A DNA stretch of 61,074 nt, filler included, from a bacterium (GTDB lineage: Bacteria > UBP15 > UBA6099 > JAJRTR01): assembly GCA_024278215.1 (NCBI GenBank). It is 6 parts of 6 records of this genome, joined end to end, with 100 filler letters (N's around TTAATTAATTAA, not from the genome) between each part and the next. Parts side by side here need not be neighbours in the genome. Positions count along the whole stretch, not along the records: positions 1 to 15,129 come from JAJRTR010000118.1; positions 15,230 to 31,595 come from JAJRTR010000119.1; 4 more parts are not named here. The stretch is one strand, 5' to 3'. The translations under genes were made by a program, and so were the position numbers. Of this stretch, positions 10,065 to 20,656 are shown one piece after another (within the stretch, counting starts at the first letter, position 1; each line of letters opens with the position of its first letter). The notes under the pieces are model-generated. The model saw only the letters and a list, made by a program, of their open reading frames with translations. It did not search any database and was not told the origin of the DNA.

Positions 10065-10196
10065 TTTAGAATGATAGTTTGCCCCCGAGCGTCCTGTCAA
10101 ATAAGCGCTTGCGGATTACAATTACCCGTTTTTATGTAATAATGTCATAGATAAATCATTCACAAACATGCGAGGCCGGAAGAAAGAGACATTGCG

Positions 10197-11300
10197 ATGA
10201 ATGTAAAAGAGCGCTTTACGGCAACACTTCGCTTCGAGGAGACAGACAGGCCGTTCTTTATGCCGTCGATAGGTTTCTGGAAAGAGACACTCGACCGCTG
10301 GTACGGCGAAGGGCTCCCGAAATATGTTATAAATGAGCTGGTGGCGGTCCTTTATTTTAATTATGACTACTGGGTTCCGATCCCTGTCGGCACGCATGAG
10401 CAGCCAGGTTTTTTCCCGCCTTTCGCAAGAAAAACAATAGAGAAGGGCGAGAACTGGCGGATAGTGCGCGACGGCGCGGGAAAAGTGTTCAAGGAATTCA
10501 CGGACGGTTCGTCGTCGGTCCCGCTTTTTCTCGAAGCGCCTGTGAAGAATATGGATGATTTCCGGCAGTTGCGCTGGCGGCTGCGCCCGAACATGCCGGG
10601 GCGGGCGATCAACCCGGCCTGGGATATTATGAACTCGTTCTGCGCGAAACAGGGGCTGCCTCTCGTGGTTCAGTTCTCCGGGTTGTTCGGGTTTCATCGC
10701 CACCTGCTGGGCGACGAGGAACTGATGCTGGCTTACTATGACATGCCGGATGTCATACACGCGATGTCGAAAGCATGGGTGAGACTCACCCGCGGAACTC
10801 TGCGGCGGATGACAAAACGCTACGACATCACGATGGTCGCTTTCTGGGAAGACATGTGTTTCCGCAACGGTCCTCTGATATCACCGAAAACTTTCAGGGA
10901 ATTCATGACGCCATACTACAGGGAAGTCATAGACGACGCCAGAGAAAACGGCATCGAGTTCTTCCAGGTAGACACGGACGGCGACTGCACGCTGGTCATT
11001 CCGCTATTCGAGGAAGTAGGGGTCAATATGCTGCTGCCGTTCGAGGTGCAAGCCGGTATGGACATTCTTAAAGTGCGCGAAGACCACCCGAAAACGGCAA
11101 TATTCGGCGGACTCGACAAGCGCGTGCTGGCGGAGACGAAAGATGATATAGAAGAAGAAGTCATGAGCAAAGTACCTGCCATGCTCGAGCAAGGCGGCTA
11201 CTTCCCGGCGATCGATCACGCGGTGCCCCCGGATGTATCGCTCAAGAATTTCAAATTCTTCCTCTGGCTTTTGAAAAGCCGAAAAGTTAATGTGCGATAA
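10197..11300 (+). CDS. Uroporphyrinogen decarboxylase / MtaA-CmuA-like family protein
   Basis: FWEDMCFRNGPLISPKTFREFMTPYY, DTDGD, PFEVQAGMD, GGLDKR, GGYFPAIDHAVPPDVS. Confidence 0.85.
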   Translation: MNVKERFTATLRFEETDRPFFMPSIGFWKETLDRWYGEGLPKYVINELVAVLYFNYDYWVPIPVGTHEQPGFFPPFARKTIEKGENWRIVRDGAGKVFKEFTDGSSSVPLFLEAPVKNMDDFRQLRWRLRPNMPGRAINPAWDIMNSFCAKQGLPLVVQFSGLFGFHRHLLGDEELMLAYYDMPDVIHAMSKAWVRLTRGTLRRMTKRYDITMVAFWEDMCFRNGPLISPKTFREFMTPYYREVIDDARENGIEFFQVDTDGDCTLVIPLFEEVGVNMLLPFEVQAGMDILKVREDHPKTAIFGGLDKRVLAETKDDIEEEVMSKVPAMLEQGGYFPAIDHAVPPDVSLKNFKFFLWLLKSRKVNVR

Positions 11301-11338
11301 TTAGTGACCGAACATCCGCAAACAGGTTCGAGAGAATC

Positions 11339-12916
11339 ATGCCTATGAATGATGATAAAAACAGGCTGCCCGCATTGTTCGTCGTTCTGGCGGTGGCAAT
11401 GGCCCTGAGAATCGCTTTCATGACCAGGTGCTTTTTCGACCCCGAAGAACTGATCGAATTTTCTGTGACGCGAATATCGTCGTTCGGCGATTTCTTCCAG
11501 GCGGCTATCCAGCTCGACAAAGGTTTCATAGACCTTTTTTTCCTCCGGGCACTCAGCAACATCAGCAGCAATGAATTATTCCTTCGGTCGGGCGAACTTG
11601 TCCTGAACCTTATTTTTCTGCTTATCGCCTGGCGCGTACTTGTCGAGATAACGGAAAGTGCGGAAGCCGCCATGATCGGGATAATCATTATCGCACTGTC
11701 GCCGCTGCACACATATTATTCCTGTATTCTGCGTTACCAGAATCTCTCTTATATCTTTACAGCACTGTCAATACTTTATTTCTGGCGGCTGATGTTCAGG
11801 CCGTACAGAGCCCTCAATGTCGTGATGTACGGAGCGATGACTGCACTGTGCTGCATGTCGCACTATTACGGATTTTTCTTTGTTGCGGCGCAGTTTATCA
11901 CGTTTGCAGCGCTGAAGGCAAAGCAGGTCAGGGACTGGCCGAAGATGGCACTTGCGGCAGTGATGGCGGGTGTTTTTTTCCTGCCGTGGCTACCGATATT
12001 TCTCAAGCAGCTCGCACGCAGGGGCAGCGGCATTTCTCCCGCCGCTTTTAATATCAGCAATCGATTCGGTGCGTCCCTGCTCAATATACCGGATGTTTTC
12101 TTCCAGTTCGTTACAGGTGAATACTACAACCTTCACGGGGACCGGCTGATCGAAAAGTTTATTCTATATACTTGTTTTATTTCTCTGCTGGCATGTCTCG
12201 GGCTTTTCTTGTCGGTTTTGTTCAGGCGACAGATGAGCCGGGGTATGCGTTTCAGTACAATACTGCTGTCGAGTGTTATTCTTATCGGTTATTTCTCAAA
12301 GAATATTACCGATGTCGCTTTTCACACAAAATACCTTATCCCGTATTCGATCCTCTTTTATGCGATACTCGCAATGTTGATAGCGTCGATAAAAAACAAG
12401 TCCGGCCAGTTGGCGGCGGCGGCGTTGCTGATGCTGCCGCTGGGTGTCAGCCAGGTATACATGCAGGTGGTAGCGAGCGATGCGGATAATATAAGAAATA
12501 CGGCGCGGCTTGTGGCAAACAGTTATGAGCCGGACGATGTCGTAATAACTCCGGGCGTAAAATGCGGAAAACTTTTCAGCTACTACATGAACACGGATAA
12601 AAACATTGATCTTCGAATATGGAATTACGCGGACAAAAGCCGCGTGCTGCTCGAACAATACTACGACATAAGCGGCATCGCTCTTAATAGTCGCGAAGAC
12701 CTCCGGGAACTCATGCGCGGGCACAAGCGTGCATGGGTCTTCTATTGCCTGATGGGACCGAGGGGAAGCATGGATGTCTTCAACCGTCTCTACGACCCGG
12801 AAGGCATACTGCCCGACTGGTTCGGGAGCAATATGACACCGAGCGGAAATATCATATTCAAAACAAGTCCACGGGAGAATTATTTTCTGGGCCGCGTTTT
12901 TCTCTTTGTCCGATGA
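11339..12916 (+). CDS. GT-C fold (PMT_2/ArnT-like) glycosyltransferase
   Basis: Polytopic membrane protein; acidic motif FDPEE after TM1, LSPLHTYYS...RY, SHYYG, LPWLP; C-terminal soluble domain with RAWVFY. Confidence 0.75.
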   Translation: MPMNDDKNRLPALFVVLAVAMALRIAFMTRCFFDPEELIEFSVTRISSFGDFFQAAIQLDKGFIDLFFLRALSNISSNELFLRSGELVLNLIFLLIAWRVLVEITESAEAAMIGIIIIALSPLHTYYSCILRYQNLSYIFTALSILYFWRLMFRPYRALNVVMYGAMTALCCMSHYYGFFFVAAQFITFAALKAKQVRDWPKMALAAVMAGVFFLPWLPIFLKQLARRGSGISPAAFNISNRFGASLLNIPDVFFQFVTGEYYNLHGDRLIEKFILYTCFISLLACLGLFLSVLFRRQMSRGMRFSTILLSSVILIGYFSKNITDVAFHTKYLIPYSILFYAILAMLIASIKNKSGQLAAAALLMLPLGVSQVYMQVVASDADNIRNTARLVANSYEPDDVVITPGVKCGKLFSYYMNTDKNIDLRIWNYADKSRVLLEQYYDISGIALNSREDLRELMRGHKRAWVFYCLMGPRGSMDVFNRLYDPEGILPDWFGSNMTPSGNIIFKTSPRENYFLGRVFLFVR

Positions 12917-13023
12917 AAGAAGGATCATCGGCAATACGTTTGAGTTCCCATCGCATAATCCGTGGCTCAGTGATGTCTGTGTCGATACTCGTTTTATTTG
13001 TTCAGAAACTACCAGGGTCGGGT

Positions 13024-14970
13024 TCACTGCTTCTTCATCATGCGCATCTGTTCGAGATATTCTTTCGCTTTTTTATTGCGCGGGTCGAGTTGCAGCGCGT
13101 GCCGCCAGAGTTTTGCCGCCTCAGCCGGGTCGCCCTCCATGTAGCGGCACAGCCCGAGATTTATCCAAACAGAGATTGCATCGGGATAGGCTTTTGCCAG
13201 TGCGCTGAATATCGAAGCGGCGTCCGAATACTGCTTGTTCAGGAAGAGTGTGTTCGCGTATATCATGGCGGCCTGCATATCGCCCGGCGCTGCTTCTGCC
13301 GCTGCGGCGCAATAACCGACAGCGGAGGCGGTATCCTTCTTCACCAGCATGCTGCGGCAGATTATTTGATTCGCCCACACGCTGCCGGGCTCCGCCACAA
13401 GCATTCTGCGCGCGATTCCGATCGCGTCGTCGGGCCTGTCTGTTTCCACATAGGACATGCTGAGTTTCCGGAGCACACGCGGGATATCCGGCTCGAGCTT
13501 CTGCACTTTTTCCAGGTATTCCGCCGCCTGCGCGTAGTCCCCATTGCGCCCGTATATCGTTCCGAGGTTTTCATACGGCACAAAATGATTGGGGTCGGCC
13601 CTGATCGCTCTCACATAAAGGTCTTTCGCTTCCTCGACCCGACCTGTTTTCTCATATTCGCTCCCGAGATTATTCAGCGCAATTGTATTGAATGGATTCT
13701 TTTTTATTGTGTCCGACCATAGCGTTTCGCTGTTTCGCCACACTTTATTTCTCTGGAATGTCGCGTAAGAAAAAGTGACTGTCAATATAAGCAGCCCGAT
13801 CAACACAATAGTTGTCGACCCCGCTTTTCTCGCTTCGACCGCCTCGCTTAGTTTCCCCGCCGCAACCGCGACCCCGAGACAGAACGCCGCCGATGCAACA
13901 TACAGATAGCGGTCCGCCATGCCCGCCCGGAACTGGACGATGTGCAGCACCGGCAACAGACTTACAACAAACCAGCCGGCATAGAACAGCACCCCGCGCC
14001 GCCGCCGCGCCGCGACGACGACCGCACCGGCGATCATCAGCACAACGAGCCAGCACCCTAGATAGAGCGGGTCCGTCAATCCTTCGGGAAGCCTGATTAT
14101 GTAATGTGTGCTGAGGTTCACAGGAGCGAAAAGCAGTCCCGCATATCGCAACAGCAGGAAACCTGTGGTCATCTGCGTCATCGCAAAAGAGCCGCCCAGG
14201 TGCCCGGACACAACATTGCGCTCGGCGAGTACCTGCATCTGTGTCCACACGAACAGCGCGCCCGGCAGCGCGAATACCGCAAGTCCGGCGATCCCCTTCC
14301 GCAGCGACTCACGTCTCTCGACCACGGCCAGCCACACAAATGCAAGTCCCGGCAATATTACTGCCGTCGGCTTTGCCAGCAGAGCCGCCGTCCACAACAG
14401 AATCGAGCAAAGAAGCGCAACACCGGAAATCGCTAGGCTCCTGCTTCGAACGAACGAAATAAATGTCGCAAGCGACGCGAACAGCAGCGCCGCGCTCAAC
14501 GGTTCCTTCCTCGCCGCGAGCCACGCCACCGCCTCGACATGTACCGGGTGCACCGCAAACAGCAGCACCGCCCACAACGCGACTCCCCTGCCCCACGGCC
14601 CGCACCGAAAAAGCAACAGCAGCAACACGCACGCTGCCACATGCAGCAGGATGTTGCCCAAGTGATAGCTCCATGCGGAATAACCGCTGATTCTGTAATT
14701 CAACGCCCATGTCAATGCCGTCAGCGGCAGGTTTACATCCGTCTGCGAACCCGGCAGATAGGCCGACAGCATCTCGCCGATGCTCCGAGCGTCCAGTGTC
14801 CTGATAGTCTTGTTGTTCAGTATCAGGTCGTAATCGTCATAAGTGACAAAGTCGTTGCCGAACGTATTCAGATATGGTATCACCGCCGCCAGCACGACAA
14901 ACACACAGGCGGCCCACAGTGGCAGCTCACTTCCCGGCAGGTCGGATTTCCTTTTAATGTCTGAATTCAT
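13024..14970 (-). CDS. TMTC-like GT-C membrane protein with C-terminal TPR repeats
   Basis: FVTYDDY, SYHLGNILLH, LFAVHPVHVEAVAWLAARKE, LAKPTA, MADRYLY, RNKVWRNSETLW, followed by TPRs (ALNNLG, YENLG, WINLG). Confidence 0.88.
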   Translation of the reverse strand: MNSDIKRKSDLPGSELPLWAACVFVVLAAVIPYLNTFGNDFVTYDDYDLILNNKTIRTLDARSIGEMLSAYLPGSQTDVNLPLTALTWALNYRISGYSAWSYHLGNILLHVAACVLLLLLFRCGPWGRGVALWAVLLFAVHPVHVEAVAWLAARKEPLSAALLFASLATFISFVRSRSLAISGVALLCSILLWTAALLAKPTAVILPGLAFVWLAVVERRESLRKGIAGLAVFALPGALFVWTQMQVLAERNVVSGHLGGSFAMTQMTTGFLLLRYAGLLFAPVNLSTHYIIRLPEGLTDPLYLGCWLVVLMIAGAVVVAARRRRGVLFYAGWFVVSLLPVLHIVQFRAGMADRYLYVASAAFCLGVAVAAGKLSEAVEARKAGSTTIVLIGLLILTVTFSYATFQRNKVWRNSETLWSDTIKKNPFNTIALNNLGSEYEKTGRVEEAKDLYVRAIRADPNHFVPYENLGTIYGRNGDYAQAAEYLEKVQKLEPDIPRVLRKLSMSYVETDRPDDAIGIARRMLVAEPGSVWANQIICRSMLVKKDTASAVGYCAAAAEAAPGDMQAAMIYANTLFLNKQYSDAASIFSALAKAYPDAISVWINLGLCRYMEGDPAEAAKLWRHALQLDPRNKKAKEYLEQMRMMKKQ

Positions 14971-14988
14971 TTTATCAATTATATTATC

Positions 14989-15129
14989 GAGCCAATTGCA
15001 AAATTCTGATTCTGCTGCGGTCGGCTGCTATTGTCCATAGCTGCGTTGTCGGCGCGAAATCGTCCTCGACGTACTCTACAAGTACGCCTGCGAGGATTTT
15101 ACACCTCCGCCTTGCTCTGAACAATTTCG
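14989..15129 (-). mobile_element. Family A MITE-like repeat truncated by the contig end
   Basis: Begins GAGCCAATTGCAAAATTCTGATTC; reverse complement of the 17850-18027 copy. Confidence 0.85.
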
Positions 15130-15229
15130 NNNNNNNNNNNNNNNNNNNNNNNNNNNNNNNNNNNNNNNNNNNNTTAATTAATTAANNNNNNNNNNNNNNN
15201 NNNNNNNNNNNNNNNNNNNNNNNNNNNNN
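15130..15229. other. Artificial contig linker (N-run/TTAATTAATTAA/N-run); the same linker occurs at 31596-31695, 37860-37959, 43184-43283 and 50433-50532
   Basis: Five identical 100-nt spacers, each containing a six-frame stop cassette. Confidence 0.97.
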
Positions 15230-15370
15230 TGCTATTGTCCATAGCTGCGTTGTCGGCACAAAATCGTCCTCGACGTACTCTACAAGTACGCCTGCGAGGA
15301 TTTTATACCTCCGCCTTGCTCCGAACAATTTCGCTCGACCTCGCTACGAACATAATTTTGCAATTGGCTC
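15230..15370 (-). mobile_element. Family A MITE-like repeat truncated by the contig start
   Basis: Ends ACATAATTTTGCAATTGGCTC. Differs at several positions from 14989-15129 over the shared part, so it is probably a different copy. Confidence 0.85.
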
Positions 15371-15480
15371 GTTCTGTTTGTCTTTAAGCACACTTTAAAT
15401 CAGACACCTGCGGGATTTTTCTTTACACTCACACACCAGTCATTTAGAATTGATAAAGTGAAACGTTCGGGAAAACGTTT

Positions 15481-15720
15481 ATGGAATTAAGCATAAGTAA
15501 TATAAAGCAGATACTCGGCTATTGCGCACAGGGCTTGCTTGTGCTGTTTGTGATTTTCTGGATATACCACATAATAGAATGTGTCAGGAGAAAAGATTTC
15601 AGCATATTCGACAAGCTTTTCTGGTTCGTTGTTCTTCTCGTTCCCATCCTGGGCCTGATTCTGTACAGGGGCATTGGCAACGAATTTTACAAGGATAAAA
15701 AGAACGAAAAAGAGACATGA
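15481..15720 (+). CDS. Small membrane protein with a PLDc_N-like domain
   Basis: FWIYHIIECVRRK...KLFWFVVLLVPILGLILY pattern. Confidence 0.75.
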   Translation: MELSISNIKQILGYCAQGLLVLFVIFWIYHIIECVRRKDFSIFDKLFWFVVLLVPILGLILYRGIGNEFYKDKKNEKET

Positions 15721-15794
15721 TATTATTAAATTTATTCAGCAGACGAAATGCTGCCCGAGCAGATCGCAGACGTATATGTAATCGGAGCCGATAA

Positions 15795-17816
15795 GTGACA
15801 AAAAAACTTAATATCCTGCCTGCGCTGCTGTTCCTCGGCACGTTCCTGCTCGGGCTGATAAAAATGAGCGGCGGAGTCGGATGGGGCGTGTCTCCGGAAC
15901 TCGCCGCCGGCATCGCCGTCCAGAAAAAAGTGACGCTTCTCGGGCATCCGGTACTGGAAATGCTCGGCCGCTTTTCTTACGCTATTCCTTTTACTGAGAA
16001 AAACGCATGTGTGAATCTTTTATCCGTGTTGCTGTTCAGTTTATTTATAGTTTTCATCTTCTATGCCGTCAAGGAATTATCCCATTCGACCGCCGGATCG
16101 TTTGCTGCGGTTGCCGCCATATATTTCATTCCCGGACTGCCGGAATATTTCGTTTCACTATCGCCGGGCGCATGGACTCTTTTTCTATACGCCCTGATTT
16201 TATTTCTTGGCGCGAAAGCACTTATTGAATCGAGTGCCGCATCTATTTATTGTTTTCTTCTCGCAGCGGGGATAATGTTGCTGAACAGCGGTTTTACTGC
16301 CTTCTTCATCTTGTTTTTACTGACACTTATCATCATAAACAATACCCGTAAATTCAAAGAAAAAGGATTCGTTTTTTCTGCTGTCGCATTTGCGGCATTA
16401 TCGACAATACCCCTTACATATCTTGTTACCATGGATGCTTTATATGTCAATTTCGAGTCAAGGCTGCCGCCCTGGCTGGGAGTTCTCGCGCCCGCGTCGA
16501 ATATCGCATCGAGAATCATGAATCCGGGCGATGCCTCCGAAATGCTCCATAATTTCATAGCGCTCGCACATGTTGTTTCAGGCCCCTATTTTTTGTTTCT
16601 TATCGGGTGGCTCGCGGCGATTGTCTTTTTCAATAAACAGTTTAAAGGGAAATGGGCGTTGATGTGGGGGCTCCCGCTGCCGGCTCTCCTGTTCCTGCTC
16701 TTTTGCAATATCGACGCGAGAAGTTTCTATCTTGCTGTTTTTAATATTTCATTATGTATTTCCGGCACATGTTGTGTTGCAGTTGCAGTACAGTCGACGG
16801 CAATGTCCATCGGTGCTAAGAAAACCGCCATCGCTGCGGTCGGCATTATTTTTCTTGCGCCGGTTGTTTTCTTCAACTCACACAATGTCAAGCTGTCCGC
16901 AAGCGATTATTCCGAAGAATTTCTGCGCGAACTTGCACTCGGAATGAGGCGGGACGCTTTGATTTTGATTGATCCAGGGCCAGATCATTTATACGGTATT
17001 TCCTTCATGCAGATCGCAAATAAACAACGGCGCGACATTTCCGTCGTCTATCCGTACTACCTTATAAAGTCTTCCTATCGCAAGTACGTTCGCGCATCAC
17101 AGGGCGCCGGCGTCGTCATACCTTCCGAAGACGACTATGAAAAGATATTAAAGCAATTGTCCGCAATTATTCCGGCGACAGGCGGCGGTTCGTCAAAACT
17201 GCTGAAACGCCGCGTTATCGAGGGTACTGTTGGCATGATTTATGAAACTATGTCTGTTCAGAACAGCATAAGACGCAGCGTCTACTTCAACAGGATCGAC
17301 AGCCTTTTTTCATCACGCCTTTATCCATTCATGCAATTCGCACCTTCCAGCTACACTTTCAGATTGAATATCTACGGCAAAGACCCTATCGAATTCGCCG
17401 ATCTCCTGGAGCTCGCAAAATCAAAACTTGCGGACGATCCTGTGGTGCGTAAAATCACTGCCGTTTACTTTCAGAATATAGGCGAACACTTCTATACGGA
17501 TGAACGATATGAACCGGCTGTCTCCGTGCTCGAGGCCGCTGCCGGGCTTGACCCCGACAACATCTCCTCGCGTTTTTTCCTCGGCATTATCTACAAGCAA
17601 TGGGGGCAATACGACAGGGCCGAATTCAACCTGCAACAGGCTCTCGCGCTCCTCTTTAAAAAGAAACGCGACGGGCGCGAACAAAGTAACGATATATACA
17701 TGATTGCCCGGATTTACAATGAACTGGGTATGCGCGAAGAATCCGAAAAATATGAGAATATGGTGCAACCCGGCCAGGCACCAGGCAGTATACCCGGTGC
17801 CATACAAACGCGCTAG
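15795..17816 (+). CDS. DUF2723/TMEM260-like GT-C membrane protein with C-terminal TPRs and degenerate N-terminal motifs
   Basis: WGVSPELAAG...LLGHPVLEMLGR...VNLLS aligns by eye to the family motif GDSGEL...HPPGYP...VNLL; QRRDISVV; TPRs at the C-terminus. Confidence 0.7.
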   Translation: MTKKLNILPALLFLGTFLLGLIKMSGGVGWGVSPELAAGIAVQKKVTLLGHPVLEMLGRFSYAIPFTEKNACVNLLSVLLFSLFIVFIFYAVKELSHSTAGSFAAVAAIYFIPGLPEYFVSLSPGAWTLFLYALILFLGAKALIESSAASIYCFLLAAGIMLLNSGFTAFFILFLLTLIIINNTRKFKEKGFVFSAVAFAALSTIPLTYLVTMDALYVNFESRLPPWLGVLAPASNIASRIMNPGDASEMLHNFIALAHVVSGPYFLFLIGWLAAIVFFNKQFKGKWALMWGLPLPALLFLLFCNIDARSFYLAVFNISLCISGTCCVAVAVQSTAMSIGAKKTAIAAVGIIFLAPVVFFNSHNVKLSASDYSEEFLRELALGMRRDALILIDPGPDHLYGISFMQIANKQRRDISVVYPYYLIKSSYRKYVRASQGAGVVIPSEDDYEKILKQLSAIIPATGGGSSKLLKRRVIEGTVGMIYETMSVQNSIRRSVYFNRIDSLFSSRLYPFMQFAPSSYTFRLNIYGKDPIEFADLLELAKSKLADDPVVRKITAVYFQNIGEHFYTDERYEPAVSVLEAAAGLDPDNISSRFFLGIIYKQWGQYDRAEFNLQQALALLFKKKRDGREQSNDIYMIARIYNELGMREESEKYENMVQPGQAPGSIPGAIQTR

Positions 17817-17849
17817 CCGCCCGCAGAGCGTTCACGGCAAAGAGCTAAC

Positions 17850-18027
17850 GAGCCAATCGCAAAATTATGTTCGTAGCGAGGTCGAGCGAAATTGTTCAGA
17901 GCAAGACGGAGGTGTAAAATCCTCGCAGGCATACTTGTAGAGTATGTTGAGGACGATTTTATGCCGACAACGCAGCTATGGACAATTGCAGCCGACCGCA
18001 GCAGAATCATGATTTTGCAATTGGCTC
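17850..18027 (+). mobile_element. Family A MITE-like element, full length (~178 bp)
   Basis: Terminal inverted repeats GAGCCAAT(C/T)GCAAAAT...ATTTTGCAATTGGCTC; internal hairpin region CCTCG...GAGG; no transposase. Confidence 0.9.
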
Positions 18028-18239
18028 TAACCAGCATATTTCACCAATGCGGGCCAAAACCCGGCAAAGCCGGAACCAAACATGCCGCATTTTCGTAGCC
18101 AAACAAATGCGGTTTGCGCACGGCACACAGAGTTTCATCGTCTACCTTGGAAACGCCTGTAACTGGAGTCTCCAGCTTTCACAGATTTCTTTTCAGCATT
18201 TCTTTACCATCCTGCGTAGCGTTTCAGTCGTAAGATACT
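18028..18239 (+). repeat. REP-like hairpin (18028-18055) followed by family C repeat (18058-18239)
   Basis: 18058-18239 is an inverted near-copy of 42631-42821. Confidence 0.85.
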
Positions 18240-18317
18240 ATTGATAAACGCTATAATTATTCTACCCACACTAAATAGCGAAGAGGCAAAAACTTATGTG
18301 CAGGAAATGCCGTTTTT

Positions 18318-20336
18318 TTACAGTGAATAAGCTTCCTTTATCTTACTTGCAACTATGTCCGGAGTGAACCCGAATTTCTCCGCGAGCACCTTCCCCGGTG
18401 CGGATTCTCCGAAATGATCTATGCCGAGCATCAGCCCATTGCGACCGGCATACTTGTACCAGCATTGCGGAGAACCGGCCTCGACAGCAACAATATTATC
18501 GCAATCTTTCGGAATTACACTGTGTCTGTAACGCTCGGTCTGCTGATCGAAAAGTTCATGGCACGGCATGGAAACAACCCGTATCATGTCGCCTGCGCCG
18601 CCGAGTTGCTTTTTGGCTTCGAGCGCCAGTCCCACTTCAGAACCCGCGGCGAGTATCACCACTTCGGGCGCTCTTCCCGTCTCGTGTGAGATCACATAGC
18701 CGCCTTTCATGAAGTCCGCGGGCTTCAGCGGTCTTTCCCTCTCGATAAGCGGTACACCCTGCCGTGTCAGTGAAAGCATAGTCGGCCCGTCCGTGCGCCG
18801 CAATGCGGCAGCCCACGAGTATGCCGTCTCGACTCCGTCCGCGGGTCTCATGACATTCAGCCCCGGTATGGCCCTAAGAGCGCTGAGATGCTCGACAGGC
18901 TGATGTGTGGGGCCGTCCTCGCCGACATAGAAGCTGTCGTGCGTGAAAACATAAATCACCTGCTGCTTCATCAGCGCGGCAAGCCTGATCGAGGCTCTCA
19001 TGTAATCCGAGAAAATCAGGAACGTACCGCCGTAGGGGATGAAACCGCCATAGAGAGCCATGCCGTTCAACGCGGCTCCCATCGCGTGTTCGCGAATTCC
19101 GAAGTGAAAGTTGCGGCCTTTGAAATCGGATGCGCAGACCGTTTTCTCGCCGTTTATAAAGGTCTTGTTTGAAGGCGCGAGGTCGGCCGAGCCGCCCGCC
19201 AGCCCCGGCGCCATCTTCGCCGCAGCCTGCAACACTATGCCGGAAAACGCCCTCGTCGCCTTGACTTCTCCGGGCACTGCATCCGCAAGCTTCTTTTCCA
19301 GGTTCCGGGGAAGCTCTTTGTCGATCATACTTTTTCGCAGCCTGGCCAGTCCGGGATTCGCCTTTTCCCAGGCCTTCAGTGTTCGCTTCCATCGTTTATA
19401 TTCTTTGTCGAGTTCACTGTTGCGTTCCTCGAATATTCTGTACACCTGCGCGGGTACGAAGAATTCTTTTTTGTATTTCCAGCCGATATTCTTCTTTGTC
19501 GCCGCGATTTCATCTTCGCCAAGTGGAGAACCGTGGGCGGCGGAAGTGTCTTGCTTCCCCGGACTCCCGTTCGCTATATGTGTCGCCGCAATAATCAGTT
19601 TGGGTTTATCCGACCCGGCGACAGCCTCGTCGAGCGCCTGCGTAATCGCCGCATGATCGTGGCCGTCCGTCCATATCACATGCCATCCCATCGCCTTGAA
19701 CTTGTCCCCGACATCCTCTGAAAAAGATATATCAGTGCCACCGTCGATAGTGATTTTATTGTCGTCATAAATGTAAATGATATTATCCAGTCGCAGGTGG
19801 CCTGCCAGGGAGGCCGCCTCCGTCGATATACCCTCCATTAGATCGCCGTCGCTCACGATACCGAAAACCCTGTTGTTCACAATACTGTGTTTTTTATTAT
19901 TAAATCTCGCAGCCGTCATCTTCGACGCTATGGCCATACCGATACCGGTCGCAAAACCCTGTCCCAGCGGGCCGGTGGTCATCTCGACACCAGGCAGGCA
20001 GCCGTATTCCGGGTGGCCCGGCGTCTTGCTCCCCCACTGCCTGAATTCCTTCAGATCGTCGATACTCACATCATATCCCGAAAGATGTAGCAGCGAATAC
20101 AGCAACATCGACCCGTGGCCCGGAGAAAGAATAAACCTGTCCCGATCAGGCCACTCCGGATGCGCCGGATTATGGCGCAAGTAGCGGCTCCACAGTATAT
20201 ACGCATAATCCGCAGCCCCCATCGGCATCCCGGGGTGCCCCGAGTTCGCCCTCTGCACTCCATCCATCGACAGCGTTTTGATCGTATTCACAGCAAGCAT
20301 ACCAGGACTATTCTTTATTGGTGTTTTCTTTTTCAT
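18318..20336 (-). CDS. tkt: Transketolase
   Basis: ANSGHPGMPMG, DRDRFILSPGHGSMLLYS, TTGPLGQG, SDGDLMEG, FGIREHAM, THDSFYVGEDGPTHQPVE. Confidence 0.99.
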   Translation of the reverse strand: MKKKTPIKNSPGMLAVNTIKTLSMDGVQRANSGHPGMPMGAADYAYILWSRYLRHNPAHPEWPDRDRFILSPGHGSMLLYSLLHLSGYDVSIDDLKEFRQWGSKTPGHPEYGCLPGVEMTTGPLGQGFATGIGMAIASKMTAARFNNKKHSIVNNRVFGIVSDGDLMEGISTEAASLAGHLRLDNIIYIYDDNKITIDGGTDISFSEDVGDKFKAMGWHVIWTDGHDHAAITQALDEAVAGSDKPKLIIAATHIANGSPGKQDTSAAHGSPLGEDEIAATKKNIGWKYKKEFFVPAQVYRIFEERNSELDKEYKRWKRTLKAWEKANPGLARLRKSMIDKELPRNLEKKLADAVPGEVKATRAFSGIVLQAAAKMAPGLAGGSADLAPSNKTFINGEKTVCASDFKGRNFHFGIREHAMGAALNGMALYGGFIPYGGTFLIFSDYMRASIRLAALMKQQVIYVFTHDSFYVGEDGPTHQPVEHLSALRAIPGLNVMRPADGVETAYSWAAALRRTDGPTMLSLTRQGVPLIERERPLKPADFMKGGYVISHETGRAPEVVILAAGSEVGLALEAKKQLGGAGDMIRVVSMPCHELFDQQTERYRHSVIPKDCDNIVAVEAGSPQCWYKYAGRNGLMLGIDHFGESAPGKVLAEKFGFTPDIVASKIKEAYSL

Positions 20337-20473
20337 ATTACCCTTCCTTTATAAGATAGTAAGCAAAAGATACAGTTCACATCAAACAGTAAATATGCAA
20401 CGTGTCGTTCAGAAAGTTCTCGATCCGCAGTCTGCGCCGCCGGAAAATACCAGACCGTGCAAATTCAACTGTA

Positions 20474-20651
20474 GAGCCAATTGAAAAATTCTGATTCTGC
20501 TGCGGTCGGCTGCTATTGCCCATAGCTGCGTTGTCGGCGCAAAATCGTCCTCGACGTACTCTGCAAGTACGCCTGCGAGGATTTTACACCTCCGCCTTGC
20601 TCTGAACAATTTCGCTCGACCTCGCTTCGAACATAATTTTGTAATTGGCCC
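20474..20651 (-). mobile_element. Family A MITE-like element, full length
   Basis: (TA)GAGCCAATTGAAAAAT...ATTTTGTAATTGGCCC; reverse complement of the 17850-18027 copy. Confidence 0.9.
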
Positions 20652-20656
20652 AGTCG

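Noticed and set aside
13024-17816. Apparent divergent TMTC-like / TMEM260-like gene cluster
   Set aside because: Separated by a linker, and the flanking family A copies differ in sequence, so adjacency is unsupported.
17850-18027. Family A repeats as a CRISPR array
   Set aside because: Dispersed ~178-bp units with TIRs, no repeat-spacer periodicity and no cas genes.
17813-18244. Recurrent small ORFs such as ...EYVEDDF.PTTQLW... (also 7737, 20409, 38018) and similar ORFs in families B, C and D
   Set aside because: Translations of non-coding repeats; starts, stops and frames are not conserved between copies.
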